From Octopus vulgaris (taxonomy: Eukaryota): a stretch of 64,000 bases of DNA. Positions 35,989-50,288 of this stretch are shown here, piece by piece (position 1 is the stretch's first letter; each line of letters starts with the position of its first letter). The notes beneath the pieces were generated by a model, which was not told where the DNA came from, did no database searches, and saw only the letters and a list, made by a program, of their open reading frames with translations. Position numbers and translations under genes: made by a program. The DNA is taken from positions 66,588,001 to 66,652,000 of the forward strand of contig OX597815.1 of NCBI GenBank assembly GCA_951406725.2, given 5' to 3'.

Positions 35989-36379
35989 GAGTGCCCTTAT
36001 AATAATAGTGAAATACTTTAATAAAGATTATAAAAAATATTTCCCAGACAAGCGTGAAATAGCAGTTAAATCTTCTTCAATTCACATATCGACTTAGAAA
36101 AGGAAGGGTACGCTAGATAGTGCTAAATATACTTTAAAGAAGACGAGACGGTGACGGATAGAAGACCTTTGATCACAAGTTGTTTGATCAAAGTTGCCCA
36201 CATGGGGGGCTAAAAAAACATCAAAGCCTTTTATCAAATATAGTGTTTACCTTAATTATCAAAAATATACTTTAATTAAGAATATACATTTAATTACGGT
36301 AAAGAATACTCTTAACTGTTTTAATCATTAAAATTATTTCAGCTACATAATTAATTGCTTAATTATTATTGTTATTAGT

Positions 36380-38960
36380 TAAAGCAGCGAGCTGACATAA
36401 TCATTAGCACGCCGGGCAAAATGTTTAGGGGTCTTTCGTCTGTCTTTATGTTTTGAGTTCAAATGCCTTTCATGGTTTCAGGGTCGATGAAATATAAACC
36501 AGTAGAGCGCCGAGGTCAATGTAATCGACTTTCCCCGACTCCGCTACAAAATCTCTAGCTTTGGCCTATTGTAGAAAGGATTAAGGCGGAGAGCTGGCAG
36601 AATCGTTACTGCATCGGACAAACTGCTTAACAACATTTTTTTCTTGTTCCTCATATTCTGTGTTCAAATTTCGTCTAAGTTGCCGATATTTTTCATACTT
36701 TCAGGGTCCATAAAATAAAGTACCAGTCAAGTAACGTGGTCGATATTATCGACTGTCCCCATCCCACTAAAACTAATGGTCTTGTGCCAAATTTGAAACT
36801 ATTATAAGGCGGCGAATAGGTAGAATCGTTAGCGCGCCGAACAAAATGCTTAGCGGCGTTTCTTCTGGCTTTATATTCTAAGTTCAAATGTCGTCGAGGT
36901 CGACTTGGCCTTTCATCCTTTCTGGGTCGATAAAATAAGTTACCTGTTGAACACTGGGGTCGACTTAATCGATTTATCCCTTCCTCCAAAATTGCTGGCC
37001 TTGTGCCAAAACTTGAAATCATTATTGTTATTATTATTCGCCGGACAAAATGTTTCGCGGCATTTTTCTTGGCTTTACGTTCTGAGGTCGATTTTGCTTT
37101 TCATTCTTTCGGGGTCGATAAAATAAGTACCAGTCAAATACTGAGGTCGCTGTAATAGACTTTACCTCCCTTCAAAAACTGCTGGCCTTGTGCAAAAGTT
37201 TGAGACCAATACTACTATTAATTTTATTATTCGAAAGGTGTTATAAATTTAGAATGTCAGTCTGTAATAAGAAAACAACTTTAAACCAATATATTTTATG
37301 AGGTTCATTTCTCGAGTCCCGTTAACATGACACTGACAGCTGACGCGTGTCCCCTTTCCCACTTCCATCATCCATCTAATCCTTTCTCTATAATACGCTA
37401 TTCACACATGCTCACTTTGCCTTTCCTCAGTTCTCACCACGGATTGACCTACAAACTCCAGATGCTCATGTCTGGAATCCTAAACTTTCTGCCACACCAT
37501 TTTATTAAAGAACAAAGAAGTGGCACAGGGACAGAGCGACGTTATTTTCATTTTAATTCCTTTGTACTTGAATTCAAAATTTCACCAGGGATGGCTTTGC
37601 CTTTCATCCGACCTGGGTCGACAAACTATGTACCAGTTGAGTACAGGGTTGATATAATCGACTAGACCCCTTCCCCTAAAATTTTAAGCCTTCTACTTAC
37701 TAGTAGAAAGAATTATCATTACTAAGGTAGCGAAAGGCAGCGAGCTGGCAGAATCGTTAGCACGCCGGGCGAAATGCTTAGCGATATTTCGTCTGCCGTT
37801 ACGTTCTGAATTCAAATTCCGCCGAGGTCGACTTTGCCTTTCATCCTTTCGAGGTCGATTAAATAAGTACCAGTTACGCACTGAGGTCGATACAATTGAC
37901 TTAATCCGTTTGTCTGTCCTTGTTTGTCCTCTCTGTGTTTAGCCCCTTGTGGGTAGTAAAGAAATGGGTATTTAGTCTGTCTTTACGTTCTGAGTTCAAA
38001 TTCCGCCGAGGTCAACTTTGCCTTTCATCCTTTCGGGGTCGATAAATTAAGTACCAGCTGCTTACTGGCGTCGACTGGCCCCCTCCCAAAAATTTCGGAC
38101 CTTGTGCCTAGAGGAGAAATGAATCGCTAGCATGCCGGGCAAAATGTCAAGCGGCATTTTGTTCGTCTTTACGTTCTGAGTTCAAATGTCGCCGAGGTCG
38201 ACTTTGCATTTCATCCTTTCAGGATCGATAAAATAAGCACCAGTTGAGCACTGGGGTCGATGTAATTTACTAGTCCCCCTCCCCCAATTTCCAGGCCTTG
38301 TGCCTTTAATAGAAAGGATTATTAAGGCAGCGAACTATAGAATCATTAAGTGCATCGGACAAAACTCTGGCACAATTGTTAGCACGTGGTACAAAATAGT
38401 TTAAAACATTTCGTACGTCTTTAAGTTCTGAGTTCAAATTCTGCCGAGCTCGACTTTGCCTTCCATCCTTTCGAAGTCGATGAAATGAGTACCATTTGAG
38501 CACTGGCGTCAATATAATTAACTAGTTCCTCCCAAAAAATTTCAGGCCTTGTGCTTATAGTAGAAAGGTTTTCTTTTGGCTCTTTATACTCTAAGTTCAA
38601 ATTCTGCCGGAATCAGTTTTGTCTATAATTCTTCCAAAGTCGCTAAAATACCAGTCAGAATCGATGGAATGGACTAAGGCCCTCCCACCTAAAATTGCAG
38701 GTCTTGTGCCAAATTTTAAAACAGTAGTACGAATACAGAATTTACTTTCGCCTACCTACGTTCTGAGATCAAATCTTCGCCTACCTACGTTCTGAGATCA
38801 AATCTTCGCCTACCTAAGTTCTGAGATCAAATCTTCGAGTTGGTTTTGCTTTTTATCCTTTCTGGATTATAAAGTCAATATTTAGACTACATTGGAATCA
38901 ATATATTAATTATACCTCTATCACTCCTCTAAAAATCTGTAGTCTTGTATCAATCAAAAA
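36380..38960 (+). mobile_element. Head-to-tail array of roughly ten SINE B copies and fragments
   Basis: Heads at ~36383, 36584, 36808, 37736 and 38325, plus headless bodies; all on the plus strand. Confidence 0.85.
38747..38837. repeat. 29-bp tandem repeat x3 (TTCGCCTACCTACGTTCTGAGATCAAATC)
   Basis: Seen directly; derived from the SINE B box B region. Confidence 0.9.
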
Positions 38961-40878
38961 TATTGCGATTGACACTACTACCAGATCGTTGATGACACAC
39001 TCCGGACGGAAACATAAATTGAATTTCATTTGTTTACCTATTTATCTGTTTATAAACTTAGCTAAAATTTATAACTTGATGTCTCCATTTACGGATAATA
39101 TGCACACCTGCTGGGAGTTGAGGCTACCTACAGTTAAATACGCAATAAAAAACATGGAAAACTAAGAGAAAAAACATTTGTGTACCATACTTAACGTATA
39201 TACACAACACATGATGTGATTTTTGCTCGAGAGAAAATCACTTCATAGAAATGTTAAAAACAATATATATTGAAGCGAGGCGAAAATCGTCATGCGCGTT
39301 TCGGCCTTCTAGTGTCTTGTCAATAATGTACGTCCGCTGGTTAAGTGCCTAAATGACCCCCCTCCCGATATACATTGTGCGGCTAACATATCATGCCTAT
39401 GAAGAGATTTTCTCTCAAGTAAAAAACATAGCATCATGCTTTTTAGTGGTATACAGATGGCTATTTTAATTTAACGTTGTTTCAATTGCGTACAACAGGT
39501 TTATTACAACCCGACAAGCTTTCCACAACATCAGTGTATGTATTAGTCACTGTTCACTATATATTAGAAGGAACATATTTCGTTTTAGCATGTGACCAGA
39601 GAGTACACGTCATTGACAAGTCCCAAGTTGGCCGAAACACATCTGACATTCTCATGAATCACCGCCAAGATGATGTTTACCTCGATCTGATACATAGTGT
39701 TTTTAATACAAGTCTATGAAGGGATTTTTCTCTTATACAAAAGCCACATCGTCATATTTTTTTAATACTATATCGATGTATATGTTAAGTATGGTACACA
39801 GATGGCTGTTTTAATTCAATGCTGTTCTGTGTACATCGAGAAAAGGAAGAGTTGTGCTGTACCATCAACATCAGAGTATGGCAACTGTAGGTGATAGCGA
39901 CATTCAAATAGACGTAAAGAAAGAGAATGGAATAATAAAGCATGTCGGGAGTGGATGCACTCGAGTTGATAGAGAGAGGCTTCGGGAAAACAAACCAATT
40001 TAACACTTGCTGCCAATGAACAACAGACAATCTGAGAAAAACATTCATACCCAGGCAATTGGGATCGAGTAGTGTGGGGTGTATCATACAAAGTCATGTA
40101 CGTTGGGGAGAGTTTAGTAATAGGCAGCTTTGTCGAGAGGTTCTCTTACCAGGCACAAATGAAGATTTCATTGATATCAAATGCAAACTTTTGCTTTCGA
40201 TAAGATATTCAAAGAAAAGAGATTGTTGGTGCGTCGTATAAGCGAAGCTTCGTGAACATCTGGTTTTAAAGAAACTAAATTGATAGTCACTGAGAAGTGT
40301 GATCAGCTAAAACTTCCATAATCTCAGAACAGAAGTTCTTAACCTGAACAGTAGCGCCCGCTTCATGGTGTTGTGAATTTACAAAGCGGCAGATAATGTC
40401 AAGGAAGCATTGAGAAATCACGAAGTTTGAGCGCCCGAGTCAACCTTTGAGTTTATCACTCCGCTACTCCCTCCACCCACCCACAAGATGGTTTATACAG
40501 CAGACCCAGAAGTGCCGCTTCATAAAAGTATCGCTTCAGGCAGATGTCCTCTAGCTACGCTGCTGATGTTGAGTGTTCAGAGGGAGTCGTGATTTTTCTT
40601 AGAAATAAAATGTTTAAACCAGATACAAACATACTAAAAATATTCTTTGTTGGGATTAAAATATGAGTGGAATATCGTGATATCAATGAGCAGAAACATA
40701 ATTGATGACGCACCAAAGTGCAATGTACTACATAGTGTTACCTTTCATATAACGGGGGATTTTGCAAGAAGACATTTACTACCATGAGTAAATTGAAAAA
40801 ATTAGCATACATAAAATAATTATAATTTAGTGTTTATCAAATTTTTTGGTGCATATGTACCGAATACTAATCTTTCAA

Positions 40879-41079
40879 AAGAAAAATATTTATTACCTTA
40901 AAATAAAACTAGATAAAACAATATCCAAAAGGTAAAAACAAATTCAAAACAAAATTACTGTTGTTGATTTTATATACAAGAAAAATATTTATTACCTTAA
41001 AATAAAACTAGATAAAACAATATTCAAAAGGTAAAAACAAATTCAAAACAAAATTACTCTTGTTGATTTTATATACAAG
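40879..41079. repeat. ~99-bp direct tandem duplication
   Basis: AAGAAAAATATTTATTACCTT...TTTTATATAC occurs twice with about two mismatches. Confidence 0.9.
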
Positions 41080-41259
41080 TTCGCACACACATACACACAC
41101 ACACATATACTCTCCCCCGCTCTTTCACACATATCCGCGCGCGCGCATATGTATTATCTCTCTTCTCCTCCTCTGTCTATGATTCTTTCTCTCTCACTTT
41201 GTGAAGAGTTTGTTTACTCATTGAATGCCTTGCACTGATCCTGCACTTTTTACTTCTTT

Positions 41260-41660
41260 TACACTTACTCTTTTACTTGTTTCAGTCATTCGACTGCGGC
41301 CATGCTGGAGCACCGCCTTTAGTCGAGCAAGTCGACTCCAGGACTTATTCTTTGTAAGCCTAGTACTTATACTATCGGTCTATTTTACCGAACTGCTAAG
41401 TTACGGGGACGTAAACACACCAGTATCGGTTGTCAAGCGATGTTGTGGAGACAAACACAGACATACAAACACACACATATAAATACATATACATATATAC
41501 GACGGACTTCTTTCAGTTTCCGTCTACCAAATCCACTCACAATGCATTGGTCGGCCCGAGGCTATAGTAGAAGATACTTGCCCAAGTTGCCACGCAGTGG
41601 GACTGAACCCGGAACCATGTGGTTGGTAAGCAAGCTACTTACCACACAGCCACTCCTGTT
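41260..41660 (-). mobile_element. SINE A, full length
   Basis: Reverse complement of the 770-1185 family. Confidence 0.85.
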
Positions 41661-42466
41661 AACTCTCTCTCTTTCTCTCTCCCCCCTTCCCTCCCTGTCT
41701 GTATTTCTTTTGTTACTTTCTCTTCACCTCCCTCTATACGATGTTAAGCGTGAGTAACTGGAGAATTCAACCAACCTATCGACCAACCACTATCGGCTTT
41801 TATTACATATAACGATTATATGGCCTCGTCGTCCTGGAGGGCATTAGTCTATGCAAATATCTAAAGAGAGCACATGGTAGTTGGGATAATATAAGAAAAA
41901 CGGGTAATAAACAACTGGAGAAAAGTAGCTTTTTTTTTATATTTGAAAATAATTTCTTGGGTTTTTGGTGCCCCAATCCTCCACCAACGAAAACATATTC
42001 GTCATTCTGTGAAATAGCGTGCTGAGTGTTGAGCACAATTATTTCGGAGATATCAGAGGTGAATATTATAGGCTGGTACTAGGAAAAGTTGGATATCTTC
42101 TCTCTTAGCTCGACAAGCTGTTGTATGTTTCCAAATTTTGCTGAAGAAATAGAGAGATCGAAAGGAGTAGAGAGTGTAATGCCGTATAGCTTGTTAGAGA
42201 AAATACAAGGTCCTAAGAAACGATATTTTGTTAGTTTAGAACTTGGGATCTAATAAATAACAAGTTCCATACATTTAGTCTTCCCCTTCCCTCGCACACA
42301 CATACTTTTAATGAGCACCTATATTTCCCTAGCTTTTAAATGGGTACTTACCTTCCCCCACTTCTAATGGGGGTGCTTTTAGCGTAAAGTTTACAAGTGT
42401 CTCATAAATTGAATTTATCGCGTTCTCTCCGAAACTGACACATGTCAGTGTACGTGTGTTCATGTG

Positions 42467-42541
<75 letters not shown>

Positions 42542-43739
42542 AAAGAAAGAGAAGGGGTGAGAAATGTATGGTGTACAATGTACTAGTTGTGGTTGGGAAG
42601 AAGTTATACTTGTTCATTTGTTTGGGTCATGGGTAGGTACCCTGTTTGAATATGTACGTTTATGTAAACATTTCAATATGTATGTGTATGTACGCAGAGA
42701 GAGAGAGATATAAAAAGGGTAGAGATGCATCCATATATATATATATAAATATGATATACACATACATACACGAAAGAAGTTGAATGTCTGATAGAAACAT
42801 CTTCTTTTACATCCGAGGATCAACAATCAGCGAAGATTTAGAGCAGAGTAAAGTAGCACCGACCAACCAACTGGTGATGCCGGTTTCCAACATATAAAGC
42901 AAATATTATATGAAATACAGAAAGAGGTACTCCTGGAGACGACGGTACACCAGCAGGATCTAATCATTTCCATTCGCAAAATGAGCCCCCTTTAATTTTG
43001 CTCGGATTGCTTTCAATTTTGGTGTATCGATGCAACTCTGAATTTTGATTACGATCAACCAATTACTTCATCTCGTAAATAAAAGAATTTGGTGTTATTT
43101 GGAATTAAAGTTAGGAAATTTGGGTAATTTTAGCCAATCAACAGACAATGAGGCATTAACAGCTTGTTACCATGACAATCGCACGTTGTGTTGTGTTTTA
43201 CCCGCGTGTGCTGATTCTTCACACCACGAAATTTACTTCACCCGCGTGTTTTGATTTAATAAAAGTTTATATTTATCAATTAAAATTTTATTAGGATCTA
43301 GTTGGGGTTTTTTTCATTCGCAAAATATGCATTTTTTAAAAGACAATAAAAAATCTGAAAATTGCTTATAATAATTAAAGTTTTCCAGTCTAATTGCTAT
43401 GAAGGTATGATGTTGTGGAGAAAAAAATTGGAGGGAAATGTTACAGAGGTTTAAAAATCGAAAAATTGTGTATTTTTTGCCAATAGCGAGACAGAAATTT
43501 TCAGCGTTTAGCGGAGCAGTATCAACTTTAAGGTTGTACCCTGTGAAATTTATAGTTTAGCGTCTGTGAAATTACCTGTTCATCGTAGGTTTCTAAATAA
43601 ACAGAAATACCCGATAAAATCAACATGTATCATCTTGCTGTTTCTTTTGTTCCTTCATTGATTGTATGCTTTTAAAACTTTTTCTTTATTTGCTATATAG
43701 ATATATTTGTCTGCATGTGTATTTTATGCGTATTTCAAT

Positions 43740-43999
43740 ATTGTGTATATATGTATTTGTGTACATCATTAACATATAAGTGCATGTGTGTGTATGTGTG
43801 TTTGTGTGTATGGGTGTATATATATATGTATGCATGTATATATGTGTACATATTACATGTACATCTACACATATACATCTACACATATACATCTACACAT
43901 ATACATCTACACATATACATCTATACATATCCATCTATACATATACATGTATACATATACATATATATATATATACATGTATATATCTACATCTATATA

Positions 44000-44033
<34 letters not shown>

Positions 44034-44060
44034 TTTGTGCAGTTGTATACATACACACAC

Positions 44061-44117
<57 letters not shown>

Positions 44118-44140
44118 GTATGTATGCCCGTATATATGTG
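43740..44140. repeat. Compound (TA)/(CA)/18-bp ACATCTACACATAT-type microsatellite
   Basis: Seen directly in the sequence. Confidence 0.9.
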
Positions 44141-44159
44141 AGATTATAGTTTCAGTATT

Positions 44160-44430
44160 AAAATGAAACTATTGAAGTGAAAATATCTGACGTTACAATA
44201 GAGAGATGTTATTGTTTCACTTTTGACACGTAATACTGAAATAGTGGAGGAGATATGATATTGCTCTGGGCTCTCACTAGGCAAGAAGTTAAAAAATTCT
44301 TTGGCCTATGACACTACATGGACCCTAAGTAAGGCATGTGTAAAATTTGAATGAAATTAGTTGTGTAGTTCTCAAGTTTTAGGGATTCACATAGACACAC
44401 AGACAGACACATACTCTCATCTTTATATAT
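44160..44430 (+). mobile_element. Possible Helitron/DINE-like non-autonomous element end
   Basis: ...TGTAAAATTTGAATGAAATTAGTTG...ACACACAGACAGACAC..CTTTATATATA resembles invertebrate Helitron-like termini. Recognition from memory only. Confidence 0.4.
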
Positions 44431-44434
44431 ATAC

Positions 44435-45325
<891 letters not shown>

Positions 45326-45599
45326 TATAAATATATGTACAGTAGTATCAAGTTCATTTTACACACAGAAGTTTTGTTCGTGTCAAGGTGTATGTAATAG
45401 CTGTCCCTATCATGAACTAGTAAAGTGATCCCTAGATTTGATAAAGAGTCGACTCGACTATGTTTTTCTTCTTTCAAGGCCAACGGTAGTGGCGGTGGTA
45501 ACAGCAGTAATGTCGGTTGCGGCGGTGGTGTTGGTGGTGATCGTACAGGAGTAGGGATGTACGAATCGATTTAGGTCAAGTGGAGAAGATAATAAAACA

Positions 45600-45647
45600 C
45601 ATATATGAATGTGTATGTATATATGTATGTATATGCCTCTCTCTCTC

Positions 45648-45683
<36 letters not shown>

Positions 45684-46070
45684 AATGTAAGTACATGTGT
45701 GTGTATATATATATATTAGTGTGTGAATGTGTGTGTGCGTGTGTATGTGTGTGAGTGTATATGTGTGTTGTGTAAATGTGTGTGTGTGCGTGCGTATGTG
45801 TATGTGAGTGTACATGGCGTGTTTATGAGTGCATGTACGTGTTTGCTTGTGTGTGTGTATGCATGTGTGATTGTGTGTGTGTGTGTGAATGTAAGTACGT
45901 GTGTGAATGTAAGTACATGTGTGTATATATATATACATATATATTAGTGTGTGCATGTGTTGTGTGAAAATGTGTGTGCGTGCGTATGTGTATGTGAGTG
46001 TACATGCATGTTTATGAGTGCATGTGCATGTTTGCTTGTGTGTGTATGCATGTGTGTGTGTGTGTGTGTA
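45600..46070. repeat. Degenerate (TG)n/(TA)n region with internal duplication
   Basis: Seen directly in the sequence. Confidence 0.85.
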
Positions 46071-46690
46071 CTGATAGATAAGGAAACACTGAAGTTTTAA
46101 GCTTGAGCAAAAGAGAAAGAGTATAGAAAGGAGAAAGAAAGAAAAGAGAGGTGGATTGTGACAGAGTATGGAAGAGATATTTCAAGTGAAAAAAGATGTA
46201 GTAGTAGTTATGGATGCAGCTTGGTCAAAAATAGTTAAGAAGTTCACTTCGCAAACCGTTGACCAGGAGTTCGATCCCGTTCAGAGTAAACAGTGTTCTA
46301 CATGAGAAATTCTACCAGTATTCGAAGTTTCAAACTGTTTAGTTAAAAAATAATTAATTTAAAAAATCTGTGATTGAGACGGAATAGATACCTCGGCATT
46401 AACCTTTCATCATTTTCCTGGGTCATCTCAAGTCTTGTAAGGGAACATGGACAGACGAAGCCATCAGGTGGTTTGTACTTGTAAGTCAAAACGGTTTAGC
46501 TTGATTCTACCTGAGAATTACATTAATTGTCCATGTATCTGTGAAATACTCTGCCACTTAAACGTTAATTCAATGGATGGCTAATTCAGTTGGTCGAATA
46601 ATTGAATCCTCAACTTCGACACAGGCGAAGATCCATTTATATTATTTCCATTTTAGTTATGGCATAATAATAAAAATAATAATAATAATT

Positions 46691-49016
46691 CGTTCGTTTA
46701 TTGGCCACAAGGGCTAACAAAAATCAGTTAAAACATAAAGGGACAAAACACAGGACGAAGGTTACAAAGGGTTTTGTCCGTTTCAAAAAAGTCCGTGTAC
46801 AAAAGCAGGATAACAACGAAATGTAAGTAACAATTAAAACTCCTAATAGGGGGAGGCGTTTCAAAAGGTTTCTCGTGGAAAAACCCATAAAAGCCACGGG
46901 AGCCTGGTCAAAAGTGGGGTAGAGAGCCCCTTTCTTCTTTTATATTTCCTTTTAATTTTCACAGGTGTATCCTCAGAATTGGTCCGTTCATATTGGCCAT
47001 TCTTGCGACATTCACCCACCTTTCAATAAACTTGCTACCAGACATCACTTCCCTCTCTACTCTCATCTTCCTTTTCAAGTGAAACTTGAAAAAGTTGATG
47101 AGGCCTTGGCCAAAGAGGAAAGTGTCTGACCTTAGCCCCTTCAAACGGGTCCACCATATCACCTCTTTCGCTACAGCCACTAGGCAAAGGAAAACTGCCT
47201 TGCCCTCACGGTTAAAGGAGGTCGGTGGGGCAATCCTCACTATGGATTCAGCTGATAGCCGGATCCGTCCTATACGTGACAGTAGCTGTTCGACATAAAT
47301 CCATAGCTCAGCAATACTCTGGCACTGGACGAGTGCGTGCAGAACGGTTTCGTCGTCCTGGGCGCACCTCGGGCAGGCCCGTCTGACGGTACTTCCGTGC
47401 CGGTAGAGTTTATCCAGAACTGGCAGAGCCCCTTGGTAGCACTGCTAGGCGAGGGACCTTTGGAAATTATCCATTAGCCCCGGACCGAAAGTTCTCCCGA
47501 ACAGACTGTTTAGCTCGTTATCGTCAACGCCTAGAGTTTCCCCGAGAACGTCGTCGCACTTTTCTTCCACTAACCTTCTATAGAACGCTAGAGTGGAACC
47601 ACTACCGATCGCATTGCCCGCCTGGTGGAGGGTGGAGAGAGCTTGACGGCACTCGAGGTGCCAAGCGACCTTTCTCGGTCTGCGTTTCATCCAAGACCGC
47701 GGAAAGTCGCATCTGACAAAAGATGACCACACCTGTTCACCGTTTAGGAAACACTTGAGATGCCGTAGCCTGAGCGCATGTCTGCGCTTCAGTAACCACG
47801 GCATGCCAAGGCCTCCGTTCAGCGGCTGTTGACAGCAGATGAATCGCCTGACCAGTGGTACCTGACCCTTCCACAAGGAGTTGAAGAGCAAGCGCACCAG
47901 CTTGGCCAACCAGCGGTCGGGACAAGGGACGACGGTCAATCGGTAATAGATGACGGATGCGATGTACGCATTCGCCACCTCCGCTCGACCTTTCAGGGAC
48001 AGCGTCCTCTCGGCCCATTTCTGGGTGAGATTGGCCACCCTGTTCGTCACCTCTTCGCAGTTTTTATCCACCTGGAGGTCTGGACCGAACCAGACCCCGA
48101 GCAGTTTAACGGGTCCGTCTGTCCAGCACCCTACGACACTGTTGGACGGCATGGACTTGCCTCTCCAGGTGCCCAGTTGCAAGCCCACGGACTTTTCCGC
48201 GTTAATCTTTGCACCTGTCACCGCGTCGTACTCGTTTAGTGTCTCGCCAATCAGGTCAATGTGCCTGTGACTCGACACCATCATGGTGACGTCGTCAGTA
48301 TAGGCAGACACGCTGTTTCCACCTCCTAGATCGCGCGGGATACCCCTCAAAGCCTCCAACTTGCGCAGTAATGGCTCGAGAGTCAATACATACAAGAGGG
48401 AGGAGAGAGGGCATCCTTGGCGAAATGGCTCGAGAGTCAATACATACAAGAGGGAGGAGAGAGGGCATCCTTGGCGAACCGAACGCGAGATGTCAAACAG
48501 CTCCGAAAGGTAACCGTTCACCCATATCACCGAGCAGATGTTGCTGTACAAAGCAGCAATCCACCCGCGGAAGACTGGACCGAAACCGGCTGCCTTGAGA
48601 ACAGCTGCCAGGTATCGGCGGTCGACCCTATCGAAGGCTTTACTCTGATCTAAATTGATCAAAGCCCCACCCGCGCCAGTATTGTTACCCACCCTCTCTA
48701 TGATGTAGCGCATGAGATGGAGATTATCCTGTATCGACCCAGTCGGCACGGCGCATGTCTGCGCCTTGTCAATCAGCTTGTCCACGACAAGCGCCAATCT
48801 CTTGGCTAGCACCTTGGCCAAAATCTTCAACTCTGCATTGAGCATAGTGATAGGCCTAAAGTTCCCTATAACGTCCCCCTTGTTTGAGTCCTTTCTCAGC
48901 AAAGCCACCACTCCTCGACAAACAAAAGCAGGAATTCTCCCGTTTTGTTGCCAGTTGCAGTAGACGTTTGCTAAGAGGCCCGCAAAGAAGTCTGGCATTG
49001 AAGTGAAAAGCTCGAA
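46691..49016 (-). mobile_element. 5'-truncated Tx1/L1-clade LINE (RT + C-terminal zinc finger + 3'UTR)
   Basis: FRPITMLNAELKILAK, LINLDQSKAFDRVD, VRQGCPLS, AYTDD, KLLG, GGLG, and CPRC...ETVLHALVQC after a single premature TAG at 47445. ORF ends at 46959; the 3' end abuts (TTA)n. Confidence 0.92.
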
Positions 49017-50172
49017 TCTAAGTGAATTCCAAATACAGCAAGTCCCAGAATTAGACGTACTGGGCGCAAGCACAGAAAAAGCTAAGCGCATGAAAACCCT
49101 TTCTAAAACTGCTGCCTTAGATATTCTTACTGATAAATGGCATGAAAAACCTCTCAATGCCAAAAACCCAAAAAGAGATAATAATACTGATTTTGACAAA
49201 GCCCTTACATATTAATTGATAGCGTCTTCTGGCTTAAAATCAGAGACAGAGGGGTTTATCACAGCAGCCCAGGATCAATGCCTACTTACAAGAAGTTTCC
49301 GGGCCAACATCTTAAAGAGCAACTTATAGCCCAACATGTTGTGTATGTGAACGATAGGCTGAAACCATCGATCATATTGTCTCCACATGCAACCTACTTG
49401 CGCCTACAGAGTATCTCAACAGATATGATAGAGCGGCACAATATATTCACTGGGTAATTTTCAGAAACCTGCTCTATGATAAAAATTGGTGGGAACACAA
49501 ACAACTCCCAGTACTTGAAAATGATTACATCTCACTCCTTTGGAACTTCACTGATCAAACTGACAGAAAGATAGATGCAAATAGGTCAGACATTATAAAA
49601 AAATCAAACCTCCGCATCGATATGACTGTCCCAATCGACATAAATGTGTCTGTCAAGACCTATCAAAAACTGCGCAAATATAAAGAATCATGAATTAGAA
49701 ATTGGTAAAGCGTGGAACCTCAAGACTAAAACAATGCCTGTTGTTATAGGTGCCACAAGAATGATAGCAAAATGGGCTGCTTGTTACCTATCTCGGATAC
49801 CAGGAAATCCCAAAATGGAAGAAATTCAAAAAATAGCGCCCATGGGAACTGCTCATATCTTACGAAAAATATTATCTATGTAATTCCCCCAAAATTTTAA
49901 TTTGTAAACATCATCAAAAGTACTTTTAAATGTACATAATAGCACGTACCTTTTACTGTCATCTTAAGATCGCACTATCATCAAATTACTTCTAAAACAA
50001 ACTTATAAGTTTCTTATGTTTTGACAGACTTTCTCCAGAACAATACTCAGTGCAAAACCAAAAACATGACACCCTCGTCATAATACCAACTTGAACTTCT
50101 AACTTGTTGTCTCTTACGGTCTCTGGATGAGACTGGGAGTCAACTTGTACAAATACAAAGCAAAAGCCAAAT
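49017..50172 (+). mobile_element. 5'-truncated R4/Dong-like (RLE-type) non-LTR retrotransposon
   Basis: KWHEKPL, LKSETEGFITAAQDQ, C..C...ETIDHIVSTC, TDRKIDANRSDI, IDMTVP, KLRKY and PVVIGA motifs with stops and frameshifts. The 3'UTR runs into (TAA)n. Confidence 0.82.
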
Positions 50173-50192
50173 TAATAATAATAATAAATATA

Positions 50193-50237
<45 letters not shown>

Positions 50238-50252
50238 GCAATAATAAATATA

Positions 50253-50288
<36 letters not shown>

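Noticed and set aside
38747-38837. 29-bp direct repeats as a possible CRISPR array
   Set aside because: The repeats are contiguous with no spacers, derive from SINE sequence, and lie in a eukaryotic context with no cas genes.
41780-42260. Possible coding remnant (also 2740-3100 and 58000-58600)
   Set aside because: Looks like decayed retroelement sequence, but I could not recognise diagnostic motifs; left unannotated.
47445-49199. 584-aa ORF as a single genuine protein
   Set aside because: The first ~60 aa are the antisense strand of the neighbouring Dong-like element, read through the junction by chance. The rest is a truncated LINE ORF2.
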